DNA of 63,924 nt, the filler included, from Eremomyces bilateralis CBS 781.70 (taxonomy: Eukaryota), in NCBI GenBank assembly GCA_010015585.1. It is 7 parts of 7 records of this genome, joined end to end, with 100 filler letters (N's around TTAATTAATTAA, not from the genome) between each part and the next. Parts side by side here need not be neighbours in the genome. Positions count along the whole stretch, not along the records: positions 39,656 to 54,288 come from ML975183.1; positions 54,389 to 61,105 come from ML975191.1; positions 61,206 to 62,779 come from ML975201.1; 4 more parts are not named here. One strand, given 5' to 3'. Below, one piece after another: positions 49,596-61,319 of this stretch (position 1 is its first letter; each line of letters opens with the position of its first letter). The translations under genes were made by a program, and so were the position numbers. A model generated the notes under the pieces. The model was not told the DNA's origin. It saw nothing but the letters and a program-made list of their open reading frames with translations, and made no database searches.

Positions 49596-52418
49596 ATGGC
49601 CACATCCCCTATGCGGAACAAGGCGAGCATTAGAAGACGGCGACGAGAGACTACAGGCGATACAAGTTGTCTTATCCAAGATGCCAATAACACTACGAGT
49701 ATGCTGGCCATACAGGATCTGGTTGAGAAGGCAAGACACTCACCTGAGGAAATTCAAAAAGGCATCATTCATGCAGGCTTGCAGCGCCATCTTTATCCAT
49801 TCCAGCCCCGCCCGAAGCAGATAGATGCAATATGGCATTTAGTCTTCCAGAAGGAGGACCTCCTCCTCGCAGCCAAGACATCTTTCGGCAAGAGTATCAT
49901 ATTCCAGGCAGCGCCGTTGTTTTGTCGAGGTGGCATTGCCCTTATTATCATCCCTCTCGATCGAATCGGACAAGAGCAGTGTATCAAGATCCAGAGACTT
50001 CCTGGAGCGAGATCCCTGTTCATTAATGGTAGGACGGATAAGACTGATGCGTTGGCCCAAGAGATTAAGACGGGTATATATACTCATCTCCTCATGGGCC
50101 CAGAGATCGCAGCCGGTTGGTTTCGATCAATAGCAAGCAACCCGTCCTTTAAAAAGCGCGTCTCAGTCGTGGCTGTGGATGAACTCCATTTAGTGGCCCT
50201 GTGGGGAAGTGGTATCCGTCCACAGTATGCACAACTCTCTCTTCTACGTCGAAGACTAGGAGCGTATATCCCTTGGTTTGGATGTTCTGCCACGTTAGAC
50301 CAAGCGACGTTGGATATAGCGAGGAAAATGACAGGCTTCCAAGCCAGCTGCGAGATTTTCCGAACCTCTATCGACAGGCCGGAGATTAAGCTGATCGTGG
50401 AGACTATCGAGCCGCGGACCACGAAAAGGTTCACTAGTCTCTTCTTCGTTCTACAGGACGCCATGACGAATGGGCTACCGACGCCTATGAAAATTCCGAA
50501 AACGATAATTTTCATAGATTCACGACGCGATATCCAAAAATGCGCAGAATGTTTGCGAGACTGGCTGTGCAGACTGTCGTCAGGGGCCATAAGACACCGC
50601 GACAGCAGAGAGATTATCCAGGTCTACCACTCACACACCACGCTGCATGATAAGGAGGCCCTGTACAGCGAGTTCTCCAAAGTGGATTCCAAGATTCGAA
50701 TTATGGTCGCAACTGAGTCACTGGGAACGGGAGTGGACCTCTCGGATGTCATACGTGTCGTCCAATATGGATTCCCCTTGGAGCGGCTTTTAAGCGTTCT
50801 CATCCAACGGTTTGGTCGTGCAGCTAGAATGGCCAGCATCAAGGGGGAGGCTGTCTTCCTGGTGGAAAGCTGGGCTGTAGGCGACAGGGTTTCATCAACA
50901 AGAGCGGCGTTCTCCAGAAGCCGGAAGCAGTCGTCTTTAAGACAGCTTTCTTATACGAGCCAGCTAGCTCAGTCATGCCCCGTCGAGCCAGAAGCGGAGA
51001 GTGATGTTCCAGACCACGAAGCGGATGTTGCTGTAGACGCCATTGACTATGGCGTCCCAGAAGACCAGCGCAAACGCAAAACACAGAGAGAGCGCCGGAC
51101 AGAGCTGTACAATGACTGCCCAGCACTATACAATTTTGTCAATCGATCCAATTGCCTACGCCGAATCCTGATGGATTGGCTGCAAGAGAGTTTGTCAGAT
51201 CCCGCATCTAAGTTGCCTCCTCCTAGACCGGACGAATGTTGTAACGCCTGCAACCCTGGCCTGACGCGGACGGTGCCTTTCCCGTGGGACATTGCTCCCA
51301 GTCTTCGGAAACCCCACGCTGGGACAGCACCAGGTGCATTTTATGACCGCCTAGCCCTCTGGGGAGACAATGTTGTTAACTCGGCGCATCAGACGGCGAA
51401 GCCCGAACTTTCCGTGAAGCTATTTACTCAGAAGAGTGAGTGGATATCATTATCGACAGAATATGCCTACATCCATACAGCCGCTGAGTTGGAGGAGTTT
51501 GTGAAATCGACCTGGTTGAAAGACCATTCCGATGAACTCTTTAAGGAGTTTAATAATATCAAGTCCTACGTCGTGAGGAACTGGCCTGGAGGTAGCAGGC
51601 TAGAAACGTCACGGACGTCAGGAGCTGCAGGCCCAGTGCAGATTTCCCTTGATTATCAAGAAGTCTACAAGGGTCCAGAAGGGAGAGAGACTCACAAGGG
51701 GCAATCTTCAGTCGCGATTGAGCATCCCACTCAGCCAGAGAAACCTGTGTCCTTCTTGCGTAAGAGCGATGATTATATTTCCTCATTGGAGAAACTCATT
51801 GCTCGCGCGAGAGAGAATACAGCATTATGCTCTCCATGTTCACCTGACCGAGCGTTGTCAGAAAGACAGCCTATGATTATTGCCGAGCAACAGTTTCGAC
51901 AAAGTTCGTTGCTCGAGAGACAAGGTCCCCCTGCCACGAAGCAGATGTCCCAACAAGGAGAGCCTCAGGAAAGAAGAGTATCGACCGAAGTAAAGACTCT
52001 AATAACTCCCGATCAAGGACGAAGAGCATCATTTTTGCGTGACCGAGAAGAGTACGCTTCCTCGCTAGAACGAATCACTGCCAACGCAAGAGAGATATCA
52101 GCCTCGTGCTCTCCTTATCTAGCTACCCAATCAGTGCCGATAGTGGTAGCAGATTCGTCATTAACATCCATTAGGTCGGTTACATCGACAAACGTAGATT
52201 GCTCCTCTGGCATATCTAGTGTTTTCGAAGACAGTGAGAATGGTTTGTCCAGCGTAAGTGGTGGCAATCAGTCGTCGAAACGTCCCGCACCGAGTGAAGG
52301 AGAAGGAGAAATGATAAAGCGGGTCGCTCTCAGCGTTTTAGACTCTAATATAAGGCGAAGTCCTCGCAGTGAAAAAGAGAAGAATAGGCGTTATTACCAC
52401 GGAGAGCGGATATTATAG
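49596..52418 (+). CDS. RecQ-like superfamily 2 helicase (transposon-encoded), 940 aa
   Basis: AKTSFGKS, VAVDELH, CSAT, VATESLGTGVD, QRFGRAAR, Zn motif CLRR...ECCNAC. Confidence 0.92.
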   Translation: MATSPMRNKASIRRRRRETTGDTSCLIQDANNTTSMLAIQDLVEKARHSPEEIQKGIIHAGLQRHLYPFQPRPKQIDAIWHLVFQKEDLLLAAKTSFGKSIIFQAAPLFCRGGIALIIIPLDRIGQEQCIKIQRLPGARSLFINGRTDKTDALAQEIKTGIYTHLLMGPEIAAGWFRSIASNPSFKKRVSVVAVDELHLVALWGSGIRPQYAQLSLLRRRLGAYIPWFGCSATLDQATLDIARKMTGFQASCEIFRTSIDRPEIKLIVETIEPRTTKRFTSLFFVLQDAMTNGLPTPMKIPKTIIFIDSRRDIQKCAECLRDWLCRLSSGAIRHRDSREIIQVYHSHTTLHDKEALYSEFSKVDSKIRIMVATESLGTGVDLSDVIRVVQYGFPLERLLSVLIQRFGRAARMASIKGEAVFLVESWAVGDRVSSTRAAFSRSRKQSSLRQLSYTSQLAQSCPVEPEAESDVPDHEADVAVDAIDYGVPEDQRKRKTQRERRTELYNDCPALYNFVNRSNCLRRILMDWLQESLSDPASKLPPPRPDECCNACNPGLTRTVPFPWDIAPSLRKPHAGTAPGAFYDRLALWGDNVVNSAHQTAKPELSVKLFTQKSEWISLSTEYAYIHTAAELEEFVKSTWLKDHSDELFKEFNNIKSYVVRNWPGGSRLETSRTSGAAGPVQISLDYQEVYKGPEGRETHKGQSSVAIEHPTQPEKPVSFLRKSDDYISSLEKLIARARENTALCSPCSPDRALSERQPMIIAEQQFRQSSLLERQGPPATKQMSQQGEPQERRVSTEVKTLITPDQGRRASFLRDREEYASSLERITANAREISASCSPYLATQSVPIVVADSSLTSIRSVTSTNVDCSSGISSVFEDSENGLSSVSGGNQSSKRPAPSEGEGEMIKRVALSVLDSNIRRSPRSEKEKNRRYYHGERIL

Positions 52419-52423
52419 ATGGA

Positions 52424-54288
52424 CTACTCCGACTCGATATCCGAAGGTAAGCCCCATTCGTGGGCTTCATCTCTATCTTCCAAGGGCTGGTGACGTAGGT
52501 TAGCACAAGACTGAATACTCTACTAGAACAAAACATACTAGTATCGCCATCATGTCGTTATCGGGATCCAGATCAGCCGTCGCTCCTCCTGTCTCGTAAG
52601 GTGGCACTATTATTTGATCTTCGTCTCTCATGACCTTGGCGTTAAATATTTCTAGCTTCTTTGTCGCCACCCTTTCGAGCCCGATCGTATGTATGTCCGG
52701 CGCTTGATGTCTGGCTTTCCTACCGCCTCTGTAAAATTTAATCGAATCGCACGCCAATTCAAATGCCAGTATATGAATATCATCCACTGGAGAGGGCACG
52801 GAATGCTTGGAGCTTTCCTTCCGCGCAAATGCTTTCTCTATCGTCTTGCGTAGGAAAACAGTGTATTCTGCTGTTAACGAGGTAGTCTTAAACAGTGCAT
52901 CTAATCCGAAAGTCGACGTTCGACGGGCCCAAAGCTCTCTTTTCAGCTCCAGGTTCAGATATTCAAGGCTACGATCGACTTCTTGCCAAGTGTCCCGACA
53001 GCCATGTGGATTAACGAGGCTATTCGAGAGTATTGCGCGCCGAAGCTCCTTATCACAAGCTTTGGTGCTGGTGAGCCGTTTTAGATAGAGCATTTCGAAT
53101 GCGTAGTTTGATTGTCCAGTCCCCTCGAAGTAAAAGCAACAGACACCAATGACTCGGTCGATGAGTCCTATATCTCCGTTTTTGATGCCGTACTTCAAGG
53201 TCTTGTACACAACCATTTGTTGAAGGTATCGAGCATGACTGAGGAACTCCTCATCGACTGTATTGTTGGCATGCTTCTCCTTTGATGGTCGCCAGGCTTC
53301 CGGCCCAAATGCGGATCTGCGAACATCCTCCACTAGGTCCATGAAGCCTCTAGTATTCATGTTCTGAATTGCCTTGTCAACCTCCTCTTGATCGGAGGTA
53401 TCGATGCCGTACTGCTCGAGGCGAGTATAAAGTAGTCCAATAACTCGAGCGTCGAAACTGTGAAGCACCAGCTCTTCTAGAACCTGAAAAGCTGCACGGT
53501 CCGCTGGAATATTCTTTCGTCCCCAGAAGTTGATGTTGTGATAGAGAGTTGAAGCGTCCTGTTGCTCCATGTTTCCGTAATGTGTCTTTTGCATGAGCCA
53601 TAGAAAATTCATGCGCAGGTGAAAGAGAGCAGCGACTCCTATCAGCCAGTCTTTTCTATCATACGATATAGACGCGTCGACTTGCTCAGCCTGCATAGAT
53701 CGGATGAGTGAAGAGGTTTTTTGATCGCCAAACGCCAAGAACAGACGGTTGTCGAATTCTTTACTATCTAGTTGGAATTGGCGCTTGTAGATGCTCTCTA
53801 TAACCTCGTAGGAGCCATCTAGAGTACCTTCGTTGAAGAGAATCGGACCGAGCGTCTTGCTATCTGTCTTTCGAAGCTCAAGTAACTCGACGGTTGGCAT
53901 AGCCGGGAATGGGATGTCGGAATTAGAGAAGATAGATTTGACCGATTTTGGATATGCTGTCCGAATCGCCTCCGCTATGAAGTAGCTGTCAATCTTGGAG
54001 GCAGTCTCGTCGTATATGGCGGCGCCGGAAGAGTAGAAAAGGTCCTCTATTGAAAGTGGAGTCTCACGGTGTAGCATCGATTTCCTTAATCCACCTGGAG
54101 GAATGTCGGCGCCTCTGAAAACTTTCCCCGTTGTTACCGAGCGCATTTCTGCATGGTTTGAAATGAGCTGGTGCTTAACACCTTCTCGATAGTCGAAATT
54201 ATCGTAGACAACACAGGCGTTCAGCAGCTGGCCGTATCGACGGACCGTCCCCTACGTACGGTTAGTTGAAATCCATTCCGAGGGACGG
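52424..54288 (-). CDS. Academ-type transposase (DUF6589-like); 5' part in the gap, last intron about 52487-52538
   Basis: YDNFDY, FGDQKT..LIRS, ALFHLRMN, IKNGDIG, F.GTGQSNYAFEML, VNPHG...EVDRSLEYLN. Confidence 0.78.
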
Positions 54289-54512
54289 NNNNNNNNNNNN
54301 NNNNNNNNNNNNNNNNNNNNNNNNNNNNNNNNTTAATTAATTAANNNNNNNNNNNNNNNNNNNNNNNNNNNNNNNNNNNNNNNNNNNNGATATTATCAAT
54401 ATATACCGCTTGACTCGTCCACTACTCGTCTATTACTCGTGACCATCTCGCTCTATGCCCACAACCATCTCGTGACCTTACATTCTGATCCTTCCTTAAG
54501 GGCTAGACCGTT

Positions 54513-55727
54513 ATGGCACAAACCGGCTCCCGCACGAATACCCCAGGGTCCCATTTAGATGGAGAACCCGCGGTACACGCAAATCCTCCCCTCCCGACAA
54601 TTGAAGATGTCGGCGAGGATGATAATGCGGAGCAGGAAGACGAAGCGACTCCTAGCGAGCGCATAAGTGAGTCACTGGGTGATCCTCAGCAGGACAACCC
54701 GATAGCACCACGAGTCAATAAGACTCCTATCACTGCCGAAGACCACGTTCTTTATCCCGCAGAAGCCTTAAACGGCGAACTATTTAAGCAGCTGATGGAG
54801 AGTAACAGACAGCTATCCGCCGCTATGCAGGCTCTGACCGCCCGAGGGTCCGGCGGTGATTCGCAGGGTACTCACCTGTCGAGCTTCAACGCCAGAATGC
54901 CGTCGGCCCAGGCGAAGGAATACCATGGGAAGTCCATCATAGAACACTTCTCATGGACCCTCGACTGCGAAAACTACTTCGCTATGAACCGAGCGTTCTT
55001 CGAGTCGTAGGAGAATTGTATCCGGTGGGCTGCACGAGGCCTGACTGGCAACCCAGAGTCCCTCTGGCAAATAAAACAAGGGACCGTGTCGTGGGACACG
55101 TATACCTGGGAGGCGTTCAAGGAGTTCCTCCTCGAATGCCTGGGTAATCAACAGTACCGTGAGTACGACGTTGCGAACCGTTGGTTCACCACCCAACAAC
55201 ACGCCCAGGAGTCAGCCGCGAAGTATGACGCGCGCCTGAGGCAATTGGAGGCACATCTCCCGAACGCGGCAAGAGATCCTGCAATAGGACTCCTCCGCCT
55301 GTTCTCCGGTTTGTCGCAGGGTACTCGTGACGAGATCATGCGACAACCGAACAATCTCCCAAGAGATCGAGCATCGCTCATTACAATGGCGACGGCCATA
55401 GAGTTGGCAGACAAGCATGCCAACCCGACTCGTCCTTCGAGAAGCTCCAAACGGCCTCAGGACAGCTCGTCGCAACGAGAGGAGCTCAGCAAGACGCGAC
55501 GCCCTCCGCATGAGCGCCATCAGCCTACCGAACGAGTAGCAGGCGAGTCCCGCAGTGGACCCTCATCTTCTTCTAGTAAGACTTGCAATTGGTGCAAGGT
55601 CTTCGGGCATATCGAGAGCGAATGCCGGAAGAAAGCAAGCGGTCAATCACGACCCATTGCGAGTATCTCGAGGGATACTCGCCGCTGGCCAGGCCAGCAC
55701 CCAAAAGGGAAAGCGGCGAGGGACTAG
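54513..55727 (+). pseudogene. gag: gag with one in-frame TAG (55008-55010) and a CCHC knuckle
   Basis: Two in-frame ORFs separated by TAG; TWEAFKEFL, CNWCKVFGHIESEC. Confidence 0.88.
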
Positions 55728-58700
55728 CGCCCCCTTCGTCGCGAAACCCCTTCATTGGGCGCCAGTTTGAAGTTAAGGCAGACCTGCAGAGTACTCGCAC
55801 CAAGGGAACTCCCTACACGGTGGTATTCGACACAGGGAGTCCAATCAACTCTGTTAGCGATCAGCTAGTCAAACGACTCGGCCTTGAAACCCGCGAGAGC
55901 ACCCCGATACCGGGGCTCGTATGGGGCAATGGCGAAGCAGTCAAGTCAACCCGTGCATGTCGCCTGAAGCTGCGAATGACGGATGCCTGGGGCACACGGA
56001 AGACAGTCGTAGATGACTTCTTCGTCACTGACCAGACGACCGCGGGTACTCCGGTACTCGTCGGTATGCCAATGATGGGCAAGTACGACATCGTACTCCA
56101 TCCGGCAACTGCGGAATGGCGCTGGTCGGTTAGATTCGATCGGTTCGACATCGCAGATGGACCTAGAGCCAAGTCAGCGTTCTCATCTCAGCCAACAATC
56201 TATGCACTAGTCATGAAAGAGATGCCCGCAGCGGGAGAGCCCCCGGGTAGTCTTGGTGACACAGATCGCTGGATGGCTCAGTTCCCCTCAGTGTTCAACG
56301 CTCCAGAGGTGCCAGAACCATGTATCGGCGTCGAGCATGCCATTGATACCGAGGGCTCCGTACCATACGGCCCTATCTACAACCTCTCGCCTCGCGAATT
56401 AGAGGCGCTGAGAGATTACATTGCAAAGGCAATCGCCAAAGGGTGGATTATCCCATCTCAGAGTCCTGCGGGAGCTCCAATTCTCTTTGTTCCAAAGAAA
56501 GACGGTGGTCTCCGACTCTGTGTCGACTACCGTGGGGTTAACAAGGTTACTCGCAAGAACCGTCACCCACTCCCTCTGATCGGTGAGATCATGGACCGCC
56601 TGTCGGGCGCTAAACGGTTCTCGAAGGTAGATCTCCAAGATGCTTATCATCGGATCAAGATCAAGGCATCAGACCGCTGGAAGACTGCGTTTCGCACGCG
56701 ATACGGCCACTATGAGTACACAGTGATGCCTTTCGGGCTCACTAATGCCCCGGCGACGTTCCAGGCGCATATCAACTCCGCCCTAGCCGGGCTTGTAGAT
56801 ATCTGTTGCATCGTCTACCTTGACGACATCTTGATCTACTCCAACACGGAGGAAGACCACGCGCGGGACATCACCGCAGTGCTCGAGAGACTCGAACAGC
56901 ACCAGCTCTATGTAAAGCCGTCTAAATGTGCCTTCGACGTCAATCAAGTCGAATTCCTAGGGTTCATCGTATCGCTAGGGGGCATTACCATGGATCCTAG
57001 TCGAGTAGAGGCAGTCACCCAGTGGGAGACGCCACAGACCTTCCGTGATGTCCAAGTATTCCTCGGCTTCGCTAACTTCTATCGCCGTTTTATCGAAGGG
57101 TACTCGCGGATTACTCAGCCGCTGACGCACCTCATGAAAGGGATGGAACGAGGTCGGAAGTCCGGTGACATGGAATGGGGCAAGGAACAGCAGCAAGCTT
57201 TCGAGCAGCTCAAAGCCGCCTTCGTGAGTGCCCTAATACTCGTACACTACGACCCTGGGAAGAGGCTACGCCTCGAGACCGACGCGTCTGCCTTTGCACT
57301 CGGCGCTGTGATTTCTTAATTAATGGAGGATGCCAAGTGGCACCCCATTGCCTTCTGGTCACGCAAAATGGACGCCGCAGAGACGCGGTATGAAGTCCAC
57401 GACTAGGAGCTACTCGCTGTCGTGAAGTCAATGACTCACTGGCGACACTACCTCGATGGAGCGCAAGACCCATTCGAAGTCATTACCGACCATCAGAACC
57501 TTCTGGGTTTCCTTAGTACGAAGCGTCTGAATAGTAGACAGGCCCGATGGGCCCTACTGCTGGCGGAGTTTGACTTCATTATGAGGCACCGCCCAGGCAA
57601 GGAGAACGTTGCCGACCCACTCTCGAGACGCCCGGCACTCGCCCGCGAATCGGAGATTGAAGTGTCGTAACATCTCAACTCCTTGCTACCTACGCTGCTT
57701 AATAAGCTAGCAATTATGGACGAGCCGCACATGCCTGCCGCCGTCCATGAAGAGGACAAGAGAGTCATCGCCGCGATCAGGAATACCCTTGTACTCCAAA
57801 GTGAGTCGGAGTTTGAGTGGCCAAGACCCACGCTCTCCCGCAGGCAAGTTCAGGTCGCAGCCATGGGCACGACCGCCTACACTGAAGCACCAGAGTCCCT
57901 GCTCACAGTGATCCGAGAGCGACAGTTCAAGGACAAACAGGCAAAAGAGCAGCGAGAACGCTGCGAGTCACAAGAGAACATCAACCTTAACGACTCCGAG
58001 CCTACGTGGAAGCTCGACGACAAGGGGACACTCCTCCATCGTGGTCGATTCTACATCCCCAACGATCCTGCCCTACGTGCAGAGGTCTTGCGGATTTGTC
58101 ATGACGACCCACTGGCAGGCCATTTCGGCAGTCGCCGTACGAGTAGCCTGGTATCATCCCAGTACTCTTGGCCAGGCATGTCCCGTGACATCGAGGAATA
58201 TGTCTCTACTTGTCGGGCTTGCCAATTGTCAAAGTCAAAACGACACAAGCCATATGGAGAACTTCAGTCGCTCCCTGAGCCTTAACGCCCATGGCAAGAA
58301 GTGTCGATGGATTTCATCACTGGCGTCCCGCCATGCACTCTTAGAGGCATCGTCTATGATGCGATCCTTGTCATCGTTGACCGGTTCACCAAAATGGCAC
58401 TGTACATTCCGACCCGTAAAGACGTTGATGCCAGTGGCCTGGCAGATCTCTTTATCCGGCACGTCGTCGTAAACTACGGTATTCCCGAGGGAATCGTCTC
58501 TGATCGAGGCACCCTTTTCACCAGCCTGTTCTGGAGCGAGTTATGTAGTATTCTTCGGATACAACGCAAGCTCTCAACGTCGTTTCACCCACAGACTGAC
58601 GGGCAGACGGAGCGACAGAACCAGGTACTAGAGACGTATCTGCGAATCTACTGTGCAGCCGATCAGTCCGATTGGGCAGAAGTACTACCGTTGGCGCAGT

Positions 58701-59416
58701 ATTGCTACAATCGCTCAATCCATGCCACTACCAATATGTCGCCTATGGAGGCACTTATGGGGTACACGCCGGGATTACTGCTAGAAGAAGACAGTACCGA
58801 CGCGGCACGCATCGTCACTCATCCAGACTTGCCGGCGCGGCTAACGCAGCTGCGAAGACTGCAAACTTCACTGCCAGAAGCGTTGCGAAGAGCCAACGAG
58901 TCGCAGGCGAAGTACTACAATCGCGTCCACAAGCCGCGCAAGTTCAAGAAAGGAGATGAGGTGATGATTTCCACCAAGACGCTGAAGCTCAAGACTCCTT
59001 CGAGGAAGCTATCTCCCAAGTTCCTAGGCCCTCTTGTAGTCCGAGAACCAATCGGCTCACAGGCATATCGTCTATGGCTACCTCAAGGGTATCGCATCCA
59101 TGATGTTTTCCACGTCTCAAAGTTAGAACCTTTCGAGAAGCGTGATGGCCAGGTCCTCCCAAGTCCACCGGTACTCATCGACGACTCTGAGGAGTTTGAA
59201 GTCGAAGAAGTCAAGGGAAAAATGGTGAAACAAGGACAGACGTACTACAACGTCAAATGGAAAGGCTACGAAGGTCTCTATGAAGACTGGTGGGAACCAG
59301 CAGAGAGCCTAGAGCACGCACAAGATGCGATCGCTGCTTATGAGCAAGCGCATCCCGAGTCCCAAGCGACTCGCCCGCGACGCGGAAGAGGCCGACCGCC
59401 TAAGGGCTCGGTCTAG
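55700..59416 (+). pseudogene. pol: pol (PR-RT-RH-IN-chromodomain) with four in-frame stops (57317, 57404, 57668, 58283)
   Basis: FDTGS, LCVDYRG, VYLDD, ETDAS, HDDPLAGHFG..CRAC, SMDF..SDRG..TERQN, chromodomain EEFEVEEV..YNVKWKGY..WEP. Confidence 0.92.
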
Positions 59417-59572
59417 GGTCGATTCTATTTCCCCTTACACATCTATTTCACTCAAAGAGCACAAAGAGTTCGATTCAATGAAACGGAGACTGCATTGAAT
59501 GCGACGAACACAGCTACTCATGACATGAGGATCCTGTCACTACTCCATGATGAGTATCTGACGAGTTGCAAT

Positions 59573-60497
59573 CTACTCCTCCGCAGAAGACTCCTCGGTC
59601 TCAGCAGCGGCCGTACCGTTGGCCCTTTTCTTGGCCGCAGCGGGGGATGGACTATCATCCTCTTCTTCCCCAGACTCAGATTCGGAGCCAGGGCTCTCTG
59701 AGCCAGCGGATCGAGCCACGTCCAGCTCAACGGACGAGGGGATAGCCGCGATAGACTACATTGCAATCAGCAGGATACTCGCAAACGGGCATCTCCAGGA
59801 TCACTCACCAATTCCCGATAAGCGGCAAACGCCACGGCCACACCAGCGATGGTGCGGAGTGATTTTGCGATGTCCTCGAGGATAGCTACACTAGCAGCTG
59901 AGGAAGCGCTAGAGACAGTAGAACTACTCGACCCCGACCCGCCAGCAGCTCGCGCGCCACTCTTCGGTGCCGCCTTGCGGAGCGCTCGCACGACCTGTTC
60001 CTGGAGATCCTCCAGCTCACTTTGTCGCGCGTGGAGCTCGAGGTCGTCGACAGGAAGACGCTCAAGGCTTGCGCGAGGGTTAGCTGAGTACCAGGATACT
60101 CGCACACGACACCTACGCGATAAACTTCCGAGCAATTTGGAGAACCGCGTTGTTCAGTTGCACAGGGACCTGAGCATCGGAATTAGCACTATGTCCGACT
60201 TAGACATGGGTTGACTCTTACGAGTTGGCAATGAGCCCGCTTCAAAGTCTTGCAAGCGCTGCAGCTGTGCGCCAAAGTCGTCGGAATGTCGCAAGCGACT
60301 CCACTGGGAACCGTCTCGTCGCCGTAGAGTTCCGAGTGCTTCGTGTATGTCCGACCATTGCTAATTTTGTCGCAACAACCTCGACAAATCAAGACCTAGC
60401 GATAGTGAGTACTAGACTACTCGCAAGTGATGAACCAACTCACCAGACCCGCGCTATTGATGCGCAATCCGGAATTGAGTTTCTTCCTGGGAGACAT
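59573..60497 (-). CDS. Intact 5-exon antisense gene inside the retrotransposon, 240 aa, Cys-cluster/coiled-coil/acidic protein (exons 60497-60444, 60395-60222, 60169-60117, 60067-59809, 59755-59573)
   Basis: Four 48-53-nt introns (GTGAGT..TAG, GTAAGA..CAG, GTAGGT..AAG, GTGAGT..TAG) with CTCAC/CTAAT/CTAAC/CTGAT branch sites give one 723-nt open frame. TATAAA on the minus strand at 60681-60676. Confidence 0.8.
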
Positions 60498-61205
60498 CAC
60501 GAAATCGACGTAGGAAAGTCACTCAGAAAGCAAGTCGCATGCGAGTATGTGGCTATCCATGCATCAGTGCAGAAGACCTCAGAAGGCTATCACCAAAAGG
60601 AAACACAGAGAGGTGGGCGATGGTGAAGGTGGAGTGAAGGAAAGAAGCAAGATCAAAACAGCGGGAGATCTCCTCTTTATATCAGAGGCGAGATTTCAGG
60701 CAGATATGATCTCGATAAAGGCACTCTCCACTGACACGAGGGCGATGCCTAGGAGTACTTTCACTTCCACTTCACTATCACTTCACTTCACTTCAGTGTC
60801 ACTTCCCAGGCAACAAGGCGATTTATATACCCGCCTCCGATGAACACTCTTTCCCAATGCTTTTCCCCACGAAGGGTTTTTCTTGGGTTTTAGCGAGCTC
60901 ACTCGGACGGCCATACGGCATCATTGCCACACCACTGCTCTTTGGCTATCGCCAAACGAGTACCTTGCTATCAACGGGCGAGGGACCGCCCTTTTCAAGA
61001 GGGGAGGTAATGTGAGGATGGATCACGTGACCATCAGTCACAGGAGACTTGGAACGAGTCTTGACAGACTCGAGGACTGCACATGACCCCGCTACTGCTA
61101 AGTCANNNNNNNNNNNNNNNNNNNNNNNNNNNNNNNNNNNNNNNNNNNNTTAATTAATTAANNNNNNNNNNNNNNNNNNNNNNNNNNNNNNNNNNNNNNN
61201 NNNNN

Positions 61206-61319
<114 letters not shown>

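Larger units (their letters stand above)
49109..54288. mobile_element. AcademH-type DNA transposon (RecQ helicase + convergent transposase); left terminus about 49109, right part in the gap
   Basis: Tail-to-tail helicase and transposase genes with stops 5 bp apart; candidate terminus TACCTCAGCAAGCTCAGGCTATTTG with a hairpin (49121-49204). Confidence 0.78.
54389..61105 (+). mobile_element. Chromodomain-bearing Ty3/Gypsy LTR retrotransposon (chromovirus) with RIP-type stops and an extra antisense gene; both LTRs cut by gaps
   Basis: 5' LTR end ...CCTTACA at 54482; gag; pol; PPT AAGAGGGGAGG at about 60998-61007; 3' LTR start TGTGAGG at 61011. Confidence 0.92.

Noticed and set aside
49596..52418. 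Host SGS1 or telomere-linked helicase
   Set aside because: It lacks the Sgs1 N-terminus and HRDC domain, no telomeric repeats are nearby, and it is paired with a transposase.
55008..55010. TAG in gag as programmed readthrough
   Set aside because: It lies mid-capsid and is one of five similar C>T stops, so mutation is the simpler explanation.
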